Part shown: positions 32,849-45,021 of the stretch, piece after piece
Numbering within the stretch: the first letter of the stretch is position 1
Layout: every line of letters begins with the position of its first letter
From: Salisapilia sapeloensis CBS 127946
Taxonomy: Eukaryota > Protista > Oomycota
NCBI GenBank assembly: GCA_023334545.1
Contig: JAADVB010000025.1
Span: 1-64,000 of the forward strand
Length of the DNA stretch: 64,000 nt
Reading direction: 5' to 3'
The notes under the pieces: model-generated
Told to the model about the DNA's origin: nothing
The model's input: the letters and a program-made list of their open reading frames with translations, nothing else
Database searches by the model: none
Position numbers and translations under genes: made by a program

Positions 32849-35800
32849 CTAGCAAGATTGTCGAGAAGGAGTGTACTCAGTCAAGATGGTACCGAATCGT
32901 ACGATGCCATTAGGATGAGGAAAGTATTTGAGCTCGACGTCGTCTGCATGACCTGTCTTGGCTATCTGGATCGACTGGCGTTTGCCGAAAAGAGAGACTT
33001 TCGGATGCTTGGCGATGGCTCGAGAGTATAGGACGCCTGCTTCTACGAGCAAAGCGAGTGCTTCCCTCGTGTCTTGTAAGGAGAAGATGCAGTCGATGGA
33101 AGATTGTACGTCCTTGGCATTGGTACCAGGATGCTGCGTGATGTAAGTGACAAATTTCCGGTGGATGGACAGTAGAAACGCATAGTTCGTGTCGCCATTC
33201 GTCTTGAGCCACGGCAATGCGAGTGTCTCTTTGTCCGACTGGTACTCCATTTTCACATGACTATCTTCTTGCTTGACAGCACTAACAGGATGGAGCATCC
33301 ACAAGTCCTTGAATTCTAGACAAACGTACCGAATACAGTCGTATCCGTTGACAGCTAGTACGACTCCATTGTCAATCATCCACTGGAGACACTGTCGTAC
33401 TTGACTACGACTCGATACAACCTGCTCTTGTACTCTATCCAGTAGCATTTGGAAGTCAACGCCGTCTTCCATTGCAGACTGAACGACATGCATCACAATG
33501 TCCTTTACTCTATCCTCCACCTCCCCTCGTTCCTCTACTTCCAACGCTTCGTTGGCTAAAGAAAAGGCTTCGAATACTACGCTACGATCTACTTGTGGAC
33601 ACTGCTGTGCTCTTACTTGCCACTGGTTCATGACAGTAGCAGGATGCGGAAACTGTGCATCCTGCATAAGGTGTGATGAGAAGCTATCTTTCGAATCATC
33701 ACCTTCGACATCTTCTTCTTTCACTCGCTTTCGCTTCCGTCCAAATCCTTTACCGACAACTGGTTCATTCCTAGGCACGAACTCTAGCTGCAGAACACAA
33801 TGTTGCATCACTTGCATGGCAAGTGTCGTGGCAATGAGCCCACCATCCGCAAACGCAAATGCAGTCTTCTTTTCGACGAAAGGAAATGTATGGTAGTACT
33901 TGGCAGCTTCCATGTAAAAATCCCAATCGTACGACGTTGTGTTCACTTTCGTCAGTTCACCAAAGTACCAGCTGACGCAGAAGCGACGGAGAGACCCTTG
34001 CTTTGATCGACTTATCCAGTGCTTAAGCCACATGTACCTCCACACGAGCTTCACATCGTCAATCGACCACAACGACAGCAGCGATTCGTCTGCTAGCGCC
34101 TCGTACTCGTCATCGGACACAGCCATCAGGAGCATGGCACGTCGAAAGAGAGCTGTTAATCGCGGCTCAGTCATGACGCGCTGCTCTTCAAAGAAGACAC
34201 CACCAGGGTTCTTGCCAGCGATCGTCTGGAGCTTGGTCATCTCCAGTTTGTGTTTGACACGAGGAAGACGGAGGGCAGAGCGCACGCGATGGCGAACTTC
34301 CTTGACACGTTTTCTGAGTTCATTGGCAATGGACGTGAGTTTGAAGCCGTAACGATAGAGACTAGGAGATCGGAAGGCGACGGGTTCTCTCGTCGCTTGG
34401 AGCGTAGGAGGCACTTGGAGCGTCCAGCTCTCTTGACAAGCAGTCATGATCAAGTCTTCCATCCTCTCTTGCTCTTCTTTCGTCCACACGATTTGATCCA
34501 TCGTATCTCCCTCCATCTTTTTCGTCTTTCGAATTGGACGAACGATAGCATCAGTAGCATCTGGAGGAGATGACCGGACTAGCTTCTTCCCTCTTTTGTT
34601 CACATTTCGTTTCGTTTTCACGAGAATACTATTGACATTCACGACGGAACGACTACTTGCGCCATATCCATTGTAGCCGATGCCATCATAGACACGTCTT
34701 TCAACAGTCCACGACCATTTCGACAGAATGTTACGACCACGAGTACGCTTTGGTTGTGGCACGAGCTCTAGGTCCGGCGTGTTTTGACTCGATGGCATCT
34801 GAAGCTTTTCAAGACATAGACATTCGAACGCCATCCAATACTGATGGACATGGTTATCTGTTTCAAAGGAAAACGCAATCGGGATCTCCGACTTGAACGG
34901 ATACTTGAGTGGAATCGTACTAGCTACATGCACCTTGTCGTACGCTTCCATGCCTGGAAGGTCGATGCGGACGCTCTGGTTGAGACAATAGAGACCGCCG
35001 AGCGCATGTGCCTTGAGCGCTCGACTGACCGGACTGTGTTCATCTGCGTTGCTTTGGACGAGAAGCTTGCCTAGACGCTCGACGCCGAGCTCATACGCGT
35101 AGACGAGACCGAGGTCTCGTAGTATACCGAACATGCTTGACGTATGCGGTACCTCATTCGCTCGAATCTTAGCCGCGATTGCTGGTGGGAGATGGGCAAA
35201 GTCTTTACGCTCCGATAGCGCTTGTTTTACTATGGCTTCCTCTTCGTCGGACAGTATGCTTCCGCCACCAAAGAACTCCATGTACTCACGTAGAGACAGA
35301 GAGTTCATCATTTCGTCTTGTGAGAAGAGAAGCATCTTAGTGTCATCGTCTGAGATCTCGGACAAGTCAGCGCGTTCCTGTAGACTGTGCCAGATCTTGA
35401 GGTGGAACCTTTTAGCTCGTAAGCACTGACCGTATGCCATGCCAAGACGGAGGTTCTGAGCACGTAAACGACGTCTACCTGCCTCTTTATCTCTCGCTAC
35501 AAGAGCTTTTTTACCATCACTTCCTTCCTCCTTGACACTAGAAGCGTACGTCCCGCCGTAGCGGTACTTTGGCGTGATGGATTCGATCGTGACCATCTTA
35601 CTCGCCTGCTGCTGCTCCACTCGACGCGATCGCTCTTGCTTACCGTACATGTGGCAATAGGCTTGCACGAGCTCATCTTCGGGCGTCAAGTGTGGCAGGC
35701 CGATGCAACGTAGAGGTCTCGTGGCGTTGAATGTGACGCGTGACTTGAGCTTTAGACGCATGACTTTCGCGACGCCATCTTTCTCCAGAGCTTCGCATAG

Positions 35801-37219
35801 ACGTAGGATCGTGACATAGTCTGGAGACGCCAGATCAGCTTCATCTGGGAGGTTGGAGATACTTTTACGTAAAGAAGCTAGACTAATTAATTGTTCTTCC
35901 TTCAAACGAAGGAGTACATGGTTCCGACGTCTTGTCTGCGTCTGACTCTGGACGTTGTTCTTGGTGATCCGACCGGAACGTAGCACTACTGTGCGTTCTT
36001 CCGTCGGAACTAGTTTTTCTTCTGACGTATCTTCGACCTTGGGAGGTTCATGGACATGATTCTGAGTCTCGTCTGGAACACTCTGCTTGACGGCATCGTC
36101 CACGTCTGGTTTGGTCTCGATGGTCCAAGCAGGGAAGAGGCGAAAGGCACGTGACTTGCCTAGAACGACCGAATCTGCTCGTAAGCCGTAGGACTCGGCC
36201 AGTCGATTGATCACGCGATACGGGAGCTTGGAGCCAGGGATACCGAATCGGTCTCGAATGTCTGTATTCGTCGTCCCGACACTCGCGTTGGCTTCGATCA
36301 AGTCGTGTACTTGCTGGTTAAGTCCCGCGCCAATGGCTAGACCTTCACATGCCTCGCTCTCGGCTTCTGGCGGATGGTAGCGGAGGCAGTAGAGAAGTCT
36401 CGTGGCAGTATTTTGCTTGAAGATTGCCTGGAAGAGCTCGAACGGATGCTGTGGATCAGGCTGCTGAGGCTGGTTGTACAACACCCGGGCTTCGTATCGA
36501 TTGAGACCGAGGTCTCGTACCATGTCAGATACCACGGCCGTGGCGTTTGGTTGGTGCTGGAGGTAGGCTGTGGCAGCAGCCATGAGCAGCTCTTTGCTCT
36601 GTTCATCACGCTCGAACGCAGCGTTTGGGGCGTACATTTCAGGTTCAAAGGATTCGGCAAAGCGAGGTAGATGGACAATGTTTAAACGAATGGTCTGGTT
36701 CTTCTTCCGGATCAAAAGTAGACGTTTTTCGACCAGATTGTACGATAGGAGCGTGTCGAGGATCGTATGCACCTTCTTCACCGTCACGCCAGAGCAGAGT
36801 TGTGCGATCTGAGGCACAGTCACTCCTTCCACTTGTTTACGACCGATGACTTCTAGTACTCGGACATGCAGTGCCGATAACTCGTTCGTCTCGCTTTCAG
36901 CGGATATCCCGATAGCACGTAAACGTAATTCCTCACATGCTACGAGCGTAACTTGCTGCGCCGCAGTCTCGACATCAGCCGGAACGTCAGTTGTGGCTTC
37001 AGATGACACTCGCTTACGCTTGGTACCAACAGCTTCGGTGCCGTCGGATGTATGGAGCGAAAGCACTTCTTGCGCTGCTTGTTGCTGCAATCGTTTCCAC
37101 AAGTGGTTTCGAAGAGGTACATCATGATTCGCATCTACTTTCGCCAGTACATCCTGCAGTAGAATGCCACTACGACCAGCTAGAGCGATGCAATCGAGAC
37201 TCGCGGCGAGCATCCTCAC
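32849..37219 (-). CDS. GTF3C1: General transcription factor IIIC B-block-binding subunit (Tfc3/GTF3C1-like), single exon 1456 aa
   Basis: N-terminal CIALAGRSGILLQDVL, VACEELRLRAIG and winged-helix VLEVIGRKQVEGVTVPQIAQ...KVHTILDTLLSYNLVEKR. C-terminal winged helix FVTYITQHPGTNAKDV...LALLVEAGVL. Confidence 0.75.
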   Translation of the reverse strand: MRMLAASLDCIALAGRSGILLQDVLAKVDANHDVPLRNHLWKRLQQQAAQEVLSLHTSDGTEAVGTKRKRVSSEATTDVPADVETAAQQVTLVACEELRLRAIGISAESETNELSALHVRVLEVIGRKQVEGVTVPQIAQLCSGVTVKKVHTILDTLLSYNLVEKRLLLIRKKNQTIRLNIVHLPRFAESFEPEMYAPNAAFERDEQSKELLMAAATAYLQHQPNATAVVSDMVRDLGLNRYEARVLYNQPQQPDPQHPFELFQAIFKQNTATRLLYCLRYHPPEAESEACEGLAIGAGLNQQVHDLIEANASVGTTNTDIRDRFGIPGSKLPYRVINRLAESYGLRADSVVLGKSRAFRLFPAWTIETKPDVDDAVKQSVPDETQNHVHEPPKVEDTSEEKLVPTEERTVVLRSGRITKNNVQSQTQTRRRNHVLLRLKEEQLISLASLRKSISNLPDEADLASPDYVTILRLCEALEKDGVAKVMRLKLKSRVTFNATRPLRCIGLPHLTPEDELVQAYCHMYGKQERSRRVEQQQASKMVTIESITPKYRYGGTYASSVKEEGSDGKKALVARDKEAGRRRLRAQNLRLGMAYGQCLRAKRFHLKIWHSLQERADLSEISDDDTKMLLFSQDEMMNSLSLREYMEFFGGGSILSDEEEAIVKQALSERKDFAHLPPAIAAKIRANEVPHTSSMFGILRDLGLVYAYELGVERLGKLLVQSNADEHSPVSRALKAHALGGLYCLNQSVRIDLPGMEAYDKVHVASTIPLKYPFKSEIPIAFSFETDNHVHQYWMAFECLCLEKLQMPSSQNTPDLELVPQPKRTRGRNILSKWSWTVERRVYDGIGYNGYGASSRSVVNVNSILVKTKRNVNKRGKKLVRSSPPDATDAIVRPIRKTKKMEGDTMDQIVWTKEEQERMEDLIMTACQESWTLQVPPTLQATREPVAFRSPSLYRYGFKLTSIANELRKRVKEVRHRVRSALRLPRVKHKLEMTKLQTIAGKNPGGVFFEEQRVMTEPRLTALFRRAMLLMAVSDDEYEALADESLLSLWSIDDVKLVWRYMWLKHWISRSKQGSLRRFCVSWYFGELTKVNTTSYDWDFYMEAAKYYHTFPFVEKKTAFAFADGGLIATTLAMQVMQHCVLQLEFVPRNEPVVGKGFGRKRKRVKEEDVEGDDSKDSFSSHLMQDAQFPHPATVMNQWQVRAQQCPQVDRSVVFEAFSLANEALEVEERGEVEDRVKDIVMHVVQSAMEDGVDFQMLLDRVQEQVVSSRSQVRQCLQWMIDNGVVLAVNGYDCIRYVCLEFKDLWMLHPVSAVKQEDSHVKMEYQSDKETLALPWLKTNGDTNYAFLLSIHRKFVTYITQHPGTNAKDVQSSIDCIFSLQDTREALALLVEAGVLYSRAIAKHPKVSLFGKRQSIQIAKTGHADDVELKYFPHPNGIVRFGTILTEYTPSRQSC

Positions 37220-37357
37220 GCTTGGCGCGAGACTCGTGGTTGCTTGTGACCTGTTGAAAGCAATAGACGTCTTTTTATCAACTATAACAGTTTACAGAAT
37301 GTAAAGATACTTTGGAGATTTGTGTTTCTCTATGTTGATGGTTATTGACACCTAGAG

Positions 37358-38391
37358 CTACATGTCTGCCGCCGAGATTTTGGTAACTTGGATGATCGTC
37401 TCGTGTGTCTGGAACTCGATCTGGAGCTTGTCGAAGCGGCAGTGGAAAGTCTGGTCAGATGCTGCTTGGCCTCGCTTTTGGTGTGTGCTGCGGATATCCA
37501 AGACGAGAATTTGTTTAATTGCTTCGACGACGTCCTGGGAATCGGAATAAAAGTCAAGTTTCTGCTGGTCGATAAGGTCTTTGATAGCATTGTTGGCGTC
37601 CTGTGTGAACTCGACAGAGCGCTGGAATATGTCTGTCGGTGCTTCCACCCACGCTGGTCCACGATGGGCTTGGATACAGTCGGCAGGTACATATGGCTTC
37701 ACATCCAATACCGGCGTGCCGTCCACGAGGTCATGGCCACTGATGTCAATGCAGCGTCTAGACACATACTATCAGTACTTGTATGATAGCAGCTTGTATG
37801 ACTACTATACCCATGAATTCGGTCGATTTTAACGACGGTGAGGCCAATGGGGTTTGGACGATGAGGTGTCCTAGTCGAGTAGAGTCCTACTTTACCTCCG
37901 CCAAGCCTCGGAGGCTTGATCTTGGCTGGGAACGTACTTCCGTTCTTGGCTATATTGGTGTTCTCATGGAAGACAAAGATGACCCATAGATGCGAATACT
38001 CTTCCAGTCCTTCTAACGCTGGAGGCGGAATGCGCTTAGCAAACTCCAGTCGTGCTTTCGCGGATGGCACGAGAGCACCTTGGCGAGGCGTCCCACGTCT
38101 ATCTGCAAAGCAGGATCGGACGGTTGCAACTTCCTCCAGTTGATGTCCGTGCGATTCCTGGTGGCGGTGGATAGCCTGCCGTGCTTCCTACGACCTAGGT
38201 GAGCTACTGGACACAAATGGCCGGATAGGAGATCGTACCTTTTCTGCCTTGGTGCGGCCAGCACGCTCTTGCTGACGCAGTTGCGTCTGCCTATCTAGCT
38301 CTTCTTGTAGTGCATGCACCTGGGTACGCTCTAGATACGCGTATAGAGCACATGCAGTGATGGCGATCGTAGATAGTGCATAACTCTTCAT
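37358..38391 (-). CDS. TRMO: tRNA m6t6A37 methyltransferase TrmO/TsaA, 3 exons, with N-terminal hydrophobic anchor and coiled coil
   Basis: VRSCFADRRGTPRQG, LEGLEEYSHLWVIFVFH, KIKPPRLGGGKVGLYSTRTPHRPNPIGLT, DLVDGTPVLDVKPYVP. Confidence 0.92.
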
Positions 38392-38494
38392 GCTGCTACC
38401 AGCAGGATTTTGGTGAAAGAAATAGGTACACTTTCAGGTGCATTGTTTCGTACTTCTCCCTCGCCAAGTGCACCTACTAGCCATTACCACCGAG

Positions 38495-40807
38495 ATGCCA
38501 AACTACGACAGAGCAGATCATGTGCCGAAGGACGACGAGCCACCAAGAGTTCGGCCAAACGACGACGCTATCGACTGTTCGGACGATTGTAGCGAAAGCC
38601 AAAGTCTTTCCCTTGACTTTTCAACACGAAGTCGTAACGTCGATCAACCAGGCGCACAAGACAGCATGTCCACTCGTGACCAGAGCTCAACACGACGCAA
38701 TAATTGGACTTCAGGTGGCCAGTTGGAGTCATCCAAGGCTTTAGAGAGTAGAGCCTCTTTCGAGTGCTGGATGCTATGGCACGATAGCGAGGGAGACGCA
38801 GTGAAATTACAGCATGGCAATAGGCACGTGAAGCTAAAGTCTCTGTCGGATTGGTCTCAAGGATTGAAAAAGCTATGTGGTGGGGATAAATGTGGAGAAG
38901 AGATCTTGGTCAAGGTCGTTCTGAATGCAGAGCATAATGTACCTACGTTTGCATTTAAAGCACCTGAGGACCCCAACCTTCGAGTGAAATTACTCCTATT
39001 GCCTGATTCGATGCAAGGTTTCCGATCTGCTTCCGAAATCTCTTTTGACGGATTTAATATCGAAGCTAGAGATGGAAGATGGCTGGCAGATCATCAGACC
39101 GTATCTTTGCTGTACGTGTCACCATACGTGGTAGATTGGATGTTGTATTAACCTCTCTCTCCTATAGATCATTTAAAGATTGTCACATCCCGAACCTACG
39201 TCTAAACCCAAAAGTTGAGTACGAAAAAGTGTACGTCTACTGCTCTATTCGTCTTGTAGGATTGCTCGTGACTCATCCTTCTATGTAGGGAGTTTACAAG
39301 TACGAGCATGAACGAGTTCCCGACAGAGCTCTTCTCTAGTAATGCATCTCTAAAGTCGCTTACGATGAGAAGCTGTGAGATCGAGGAGCCTATTCGGCTG
39401 AAAAGAAAAGAAGCTGAACATCTCGAAAGCATATCATCAGTCACGCTGGATCAAAAAGAGATCGATAACAGTCACTCCAACACGTCCGATTGTCAGAGCA
39501 AAGTCGATATTCACAAGATTCCAGTCTGCATTACCGGTACGCTTGTCTTTTTATACGTATCGCTAGGTAGACAATTGACTCATGACGCTTATGTGCATGT
39601 AGATGACCCTGTCTACGCAAAGCTTTTAAACAACTCGAGAAACGATTCACGCAGTGATATGCAAGAGCCTCATGGAGACTCTCCGATGTCACTGGAAGCT
39701 TCTCAGCTGGGTGATTCCGGATCAAGTCCTGGTAACGTGGAAGCTAAAGAAAGCAACAGCTCTTCCACCGTCACCATCCTCGCGTCTACACTATCGATTG
39801 TCGGGGCAGTACTACTCATCATAGCTGCTTTCATCATCTACCGTCGGCGTAAGTTCAAGAGTCGTCTAGAGGAAGGATGCACGAACGAGTCGGTGCTTGG
39901 AACGAACAAAAGTGGTCGTGGCGCAAGTTTCTATTCCTCTCGCAACAGTAAGCTCCTATCGAGTTACACTTCTGTGCTTTTAAACGGGTATGAGCTCAAG
40001 CCTGGTGTTGTGACACTGGACAAGACTCTTGGCCATAAGAATCTGTGGTTGGGATCGTATAATGATCAGCGGATGGTGGTGCTTGTGATTATTGAAAAGC
40101 ATTGGAAAGGAGCGGAGAAGCAAAAGGTCGATGCGTTATCTTCTCTGGTACCTCTTCGTCATGAGAATATTGTAGCTTTCCACGGCTACTGCTTCGACTC
40201 GACGGACCGACTACTTGTTGCGGTCGAGTACATGTGTCGAGGGAGTTTGCAGATGCTCTTAAAGACGACCGAGACAGAGATCTCATGGATCCAACGACAG
40301 CAAATGATTGAAGATATATGCGTAGCTCTCTTGTTCCTCCGGTCGAGAGAGACGACAGTCTACTTCCAGACACTTACGAGCAAAAGCGTCTTGTGCACCG
40401 ACGACTTCCGTTGCAAGTTGGATATCTTAGATCTTCAGAGGAAGTTACGAGGAGATGAGCGTCCGACACTCATGTTCGGGAACGGCAGAGTGGTGTATGA
40501 GGCACCCGAAGTACTGGCTGGTGGCGAACGCACGTCTGCATCGGAGGTGTACTCCTTTGGCATTCTCATGTGCGAGATCGCGTGTCGAGGCGACGTCTTT
40601 GACAATGCGTTCAGTGGTCAAGGCAATACGCTACGAGAGCTAGAGCTCGCGCAAGAGATTATGTCGGGTAGTATGCAGCCCGTGCTACCAGCTGACAACG
40701 TCTCCTTCCGTACTGCTGCAATCCACTGCCTGTCGTTCGACGCATCGAAGCGACTTAGTCTGACTCAAATCTTGGAGCTGCTTCAATCAGCCGAAGAAGA
40801 GCTGTAG
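38495..40807 (+). CDS. Single-pass receptor-like TKL pseudokinase with LRR-like ectodomain
   Basis: ORFs 38438-39151 and 39308-40807 are probably joined by introns. LRR-like EFPTELFSSNASLKSLTMRSCEI, TM ILASTLSIVGAVLLIIAAFIIYRRRK, kinase-fold LRHENIVAFHG, VEYMCRGSL, YEAPEVL, EVYSFGILMCE. VAxK, HRD and DFG are degenerate. The join of the first ORF is less certain. Confidence 0.72.
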
Positions 40808-40883
40808 TTAGTGACAAAAAGAAAACAAACAAACAAATCGACTAGATGTTGGAAACGCTTGTATTCCGCCTTGCCCCTTCCTT

Positions 40884-43373
40884 CTAACTTGTCTTGGACG
40901 CAGCGACCTTAGCAGCTCTCGCCTCAGCTCGCTTGGCGGCCCGTTCCTTAAGTCTCTCCTCTTCCTCTTCCGCCTTCTTCATCAATTCGTTCAAAATGCG
41001 CTGACGATAATCTTCGAAGCCACCTTCAAGCTCCACGACATCCTGGTCGCCGACTTCCCACAGCACGCACTCGGTCGATTCGATCAGTCGAGCATCGTGC
41101 GTGACGATGACGACACCTCCGTCAAAGTCGCAGATGGCATCACACAGTGCATCAATGGACTCAATGTCGAGGTTGTTCGTCGGTTCGTCTAGAATCAAGA
41201 TATGCGGCTGCATGAGGATAAGTTCTGCGAGGACGACACGTGCTTTTTGTCCGCCAGAGCAGTGTCGCACTTGGATCTCATGCGCATGTCCTTCCAATCC
41301 GACTTTCCCCAACAAGTTCCGAACGTCTTGATACGTCTGCGAGTGGAATCGATCACGCAAATACTCGACAGGTGTCACGTCCATGGGGAGTTTATCGACA
41401 AAGTGCTGGTTGTAGATACCTAGTCGGACGCGAGGGTTGCGTCGTACTTCGCCTTCGGTGACACGCACGTCGCCCGTGATCATCTTGAGCAGCGTCGACT
41501 TACCGACACCATTCGGACCGACGATACAGACACGAGACGTCGTGTCGAGACCAAAGTCCGAGTCCTTGAACAAGTATGGACCGTCGCCGTAGCGGAAGCT
41601 CGCCTCTCGCACTTCGAGGATCGGCGGAGGCACGTAGGTCGTTTCGGGGAAGCTAAACTTGACGACGTACTCCTTCGGTCGTTCGAGCAGCTGCGACTGG
41701 TCTGCAGCAGAAGCCGTATCGTCCTGTCCGCCAGCCTTCTTGGCCTTGGCACTTCTCGCGCCAGGTTCTCGCTTCTTATTCTTGACAATCTCCGTTGCCT
41801 TCTTACTGGATTTACCTGACTGCTTGAGACTTCGTAGTTGCTTCTGCTGTTTCTCCCACGCCTTTTCCATTTGCTTTCGCTTTTGCTTCTCCATCTCTCG
41901 GAATTGGTCATAATTGCCCTTGTAATTAATGAGTTTCTTATTCTCCAAGTGAATGATCTCATGACAGACGCTGTTTAAAAAGTCTGCATCATGGGAAACG
42001 ACCAGCACCGTCTTCTTCCACTTTTGCAAGTAATCATCGAGCCAAATGACAGCGTTGAGATCCAAGTGATTCGTCGGCTCATCGAGCATCAAGAGCGTCG
42101 GTTCGACGTACAGAGCTTTGGCTAAAGAAATACGCATGCGCCATCCGCCAGAAAAGTCTTGTGTAGACTTCTCTTGCATCGCAGAGTCAAAGCCGAGACC
42201 GAAGAGGATACGTCGAGCACGTGCTTCAGCAGAACTGGCGTCCATGGTCGATAGCTGCTCGTACACTTCGTTTAGGCGTTCATCGAGCTTGGCGTCGTTC
42301 TTCTCTTCTAACTCCGCAAGGAGCTTCTTCTCTTCTTCGAGCAGAGCCCAGCGCTCGACGTCTGCCTTGAGAACAGCGTCGACGGCGCGAGTTCCGTCCG
42401 CCATGACCTCCTGCTCGACGTACCAAACGTCGATCTTGGGCGGGATCTTGAGCTCCCCGAGTGCGATCATCTTAAGCAGCGTCGACTTGCCTTGACCGTT
42501 CGGACCGACGAGACCGTAGCGACCGCCGGCGTTGATGTGTAGCGAAGCGTTTTCGAAGAGGAGCTTGTTGTGGGCGTTGATGGTGAAGTCGTCGATGTGG
42601 ACGTCCGTCGCGTTCTCCCACGTCGCGTCTTCCGTGAACGCTTGTTGGGAGACGGCGAATTGAGAGCCATCGATCGGGTTGGCAGCCTTGAGGAACTCTT
42701 CCTCTCGCTCCTTGGCCTCCTGTTCTTCCTTCTGCCGACGCTTTTCTTTATTACTCATCCGCTTTCCATCCTTTTCACGCCGTTTCTCCTTCTTGCTCTT
42801 GGTCTTTTCGTCCTCCTCATCCTCTGGAGAAGACTTCTTCTTCTTCTTAGATTTTTTATCCGGTTTTTCCTCTTCCTCTTCTTCCGCATCGAAAATGAGC
42901 TCCGCAGCGATTTTTTTCTTTTTCTTATCCTTTTTATCCTTCTTCTTCTTACTTGGTTCCGGTTTCTCTTCCTCTTCACCATCCGAAAGAGCTGCAAACG
43001 CGACCTTTTTCGGTGCTGGAGGCTCCTCCTCTTCCTCTTCTTCCTCTTCCTGGACTTGTTCCTCCTCTACGTCTTCATCTTGGACTTTACCCTTCTTATC
43101 CTTCTTCTTGTTCTTCTTCTTCTGGACACTAGCAGCAACTTGAGCATACGGATCAACCTCTTCTTCATCCGACTTGTCTTCGACCGAAGTAGTGTCCAAA
43201 GCCTGTTTTTGCTGCTGACGTTCCTTCATTTTCGCCTTCCGCTGCGCCTTTTTCTCCTGTTTCTTGTCACTCACATTGCTATTCTCCGTCCCGTTGGACG
43301 TTGCAATGGAAACTTTATCGTCTTCATCAGATGAAATGTCTCCTTTCCTTCCCTTCTTCTTCCCTCGCGCCAT
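40884..43373 (-). CDS. ABCF1: ABC-F family translation factor ABCF1 (two nucleotide-binding domains, no TM domain)
   Basis: MARGKKKG start at 43373 (the ORF-track start at 43460 is TTG). Long K/E-rich N-terminus, [55 protein letters not shown]. Confidence 0.93.
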   Translation of the reverse strand: MARGKKKGRKGDISSDEDDKVSIATSNGTENSNVSDKKQEKKAQRKAKMKERQQQKQALDTTSVEDKSDEEEVDPYAQVAASVQKKKNKKKDKKGKVQDEDVEEEQVQEEEEEEEEEPPAPKKVAFAALSDGEEEEKPEPSKKKKDKKDKKKKKIAAELIFDAEEEEEEKPDKKSKKKKKSSPEDEEDEKTKSKKEKRREKDGKRMSNKEKRRQKEEQEAKEREEEFLKAANPIDGSQFAVSQQAFTEDATWENATDVHIDDFTINAHNKLLFENASLHINAGGRYGLVGPNGQGKSTLLKMIALGELKIPPKIDVWYVEQEVMADGTRAVDAVLKADVERWALLEEEKKLLAELEEKNDAKLDERLNEVYEQLSTMDASSAEARARRILFGLGFDSAMQEKSTQDFSGGWRMRISLAKALYVEPTLLMLDEPTNHLDLNAVIWLDDYLQKWKKTVLVVSHDADFLNSVCHEIIHLENKKLINYKGNYDQFREMEKQKRKQMEKAWEKQQKQLRSLKQSGKSSKKATEIVKNKKREPGARSAKAKKAGGQDDTASAADQSQLLERPKEYVVKFSFPETTYVPPPILEVREASFRYGDGPYLFKDSDFGLDTTSRVCIVGPNGVGKSTLLKMITGDVRVTEGEVRRNPRVRLGIYNQHFVDKLPMDVTPVEYLRDRFHSQTYQDVRNLLGKVGLEGHAHEIQVRHCSGGQKARVVLAELILMQPHILILDEPTNNLDIESIDALCDAICDFDGGVVIVTHDARLIESTECVLWEVGDQDVVELEGGFEDYRQRILNELMKKAEEEEERLKERAAKRAEARAAKVAASKTS

Positions 43374-43575
43374 CGTATCTCTCGAATCGTTTGGTTCGTA
43401 TGTGAATCCGAGATCAGTGTGGAGGTGTACACCACTTTCGGATGTTTTTATTTCTTCCAATCAGATTGCGTATTTTGGTTCATTTAATCCAATGAGGGAG
43501 ACAGAAATCGTTGGCCGCGAGGAGCTATCTACATCACTCGAAGGCCATTTTCGAGCAGCACTCCATATCGCCACC

Positions 43576-44106
43576 ATGTCCGAGAAGCTCCCAGTGACTG
43601 TCCGCACGCGCAAGTTCCAGCGCAATGCCCTCCTCTCCCGTCGTCAAATGGTCGTGGAGGTCATCCACCCGGGTCGTGCCAACGTCCCCAAGGCGGAGCT
43701 CCAGGAACGTCTGTCCAAGGTCCGATCTCGTTTGTCGTGATTCTTGTCTTATAAGTCGTACTCATGCCTTTTATAGATGTACAAGTCCAAGGACACGAAC
43801 ACCATCTTCCTGTACGGCTTCAAGACCCAGTTCGGTGGTGGACGTAGCACCGGATTCGGTCTCATCTACGACACGCTGAACGACGCCAAGCGTTTCGAGC
43901 CGAAATACCGTCTCATTCGCGTACGTTTTCCTAGTTTACCTTGTACGATTACGACTAGACACCTAACGATACATATATAGCAAGGTTTGGCCGAGCGTGT
44001 GGAGAAATCCCGCAAGCAGATCAAGGAAGCCAAGAACCGTGGCAAGAAGGTGCGTGGTGTCGGTCGTCGCCAGGCTCGCCACAAGGCTGCCAAGGCCAGC
44101 AAGTAG
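43576..44106 (+). CDS. RPS24: 40S ribosomal protein S24 (eS24), 3 exons
   Basis: Exons 43576-43719, 43777-43920 and 43981-44106: [33 protein letters not shown]...[18 protein letters not shown]...[12 protein letters not shown]...[16 protein letters not shown]. Confidence 0.97.
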
Positions 44107-44394
44107 ATATGATTCGCTTCACAGAGGGTGGGTCCAGTTATGGGCCTGCTGTACTGAGAGAAGAAACGCAAAACACGGCGGCGTGAGTGCTACTTTTGCC
44201 TACATGTTTGTATCTTTACGTCAAACGCTTCGTTCGTGTCGTCTTTCGCTACCTTTTTCTTCTTCTACTTCGACAAGCACACCTGACGCAAGGACGCATG
44301 GAGATACCAAGTCGCATGGCCCAAGTAAAGTATCTAGGAATCGCGGAGGGCAGGACGTTATAACAAAATTGGCCAGAAGCGTCTACATTCGTCC

Positions 44395-44799
44395 CTAGCT
44401 GATGATACAACACGCACGGCCTCGGTCCTGATCGCCATTGCCTTGCTTTGTATAGTGTGTACGATTCGAGTACGTGACTTCTGTCAAGTTTCCACCACAC
44501 TCGTCCGCAAAGACGAGCTGCGGTGCTTTCTTCGGTGCTTCCCACCCTGCTGATGCCATTCGCGTCACGATGTCCGTGCCTTCCTCTTGTTCCTGTTCTT
44601 GCTCACTCTCGTCCTGCGACTGGTCTGCACCGGATAACCTGACTATATGGTTCTCCCCTGCCTTGAGTTCATCCGGGATGGCTGCATCCAAAGGATGCAC
44701 TGCCTGTCTTGTCGTAAGGCCTTTGCCCATCGTCTCTACTTGCCTTGAAAGGTGTTCACGGATAGCGTCTTCAAGTTCTGGGTTGGTCGTACGTTGCAT
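44395..44799 (-). CDS. Small protein with RVxF-like motif and C-terminal CaaX box (CCIIS)
   Basis: ATG-initiated 134-aa ORF containing KKAPQLVFADECGGNLTEVTY and ending CCIIS-stop. Confidence 0.7.
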   Translation of the reverse strand: MQRTTNPELEDAIREHLSRQVETMGKGLTTRQAVHPLDAAIPDELKAGENHIVRLSGADQSQDESEQEQEQEEGTDIVTRMASAGWEAPKKAPQLVFADECGGNLTEVTYSNRTHYTKQGNGDQDRGRACCIIS

Positions 44800-45021
44800 A
44801 CACTAAGGGGCCAAGTCCACGACCGTCAAGTGACTAAAGCCAACGTCAGGAGTCGATCAAGTCTGCTTGCTACTACCGACGGACGCGAAACCTTCGCGTT
44901 CTTATGTCTATTGCGAGCACGACTTGCTGCTTCTGACCTCAGCAGTGAATATGACGCTTTCGAGTCTAAATATAAACGATGGAAACACCTGAGTACGTCT
45001 GGCATGCATCTACTTGATTAA

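Noticed and set aside
42570-43334. Long antisense ORFs here and at 4258-4722, 15805-16419, 25040-25957 and elsewhere
   Set aside because: They are shadows of GC-biased or low-complexity sense genes and contain no independent motifs.
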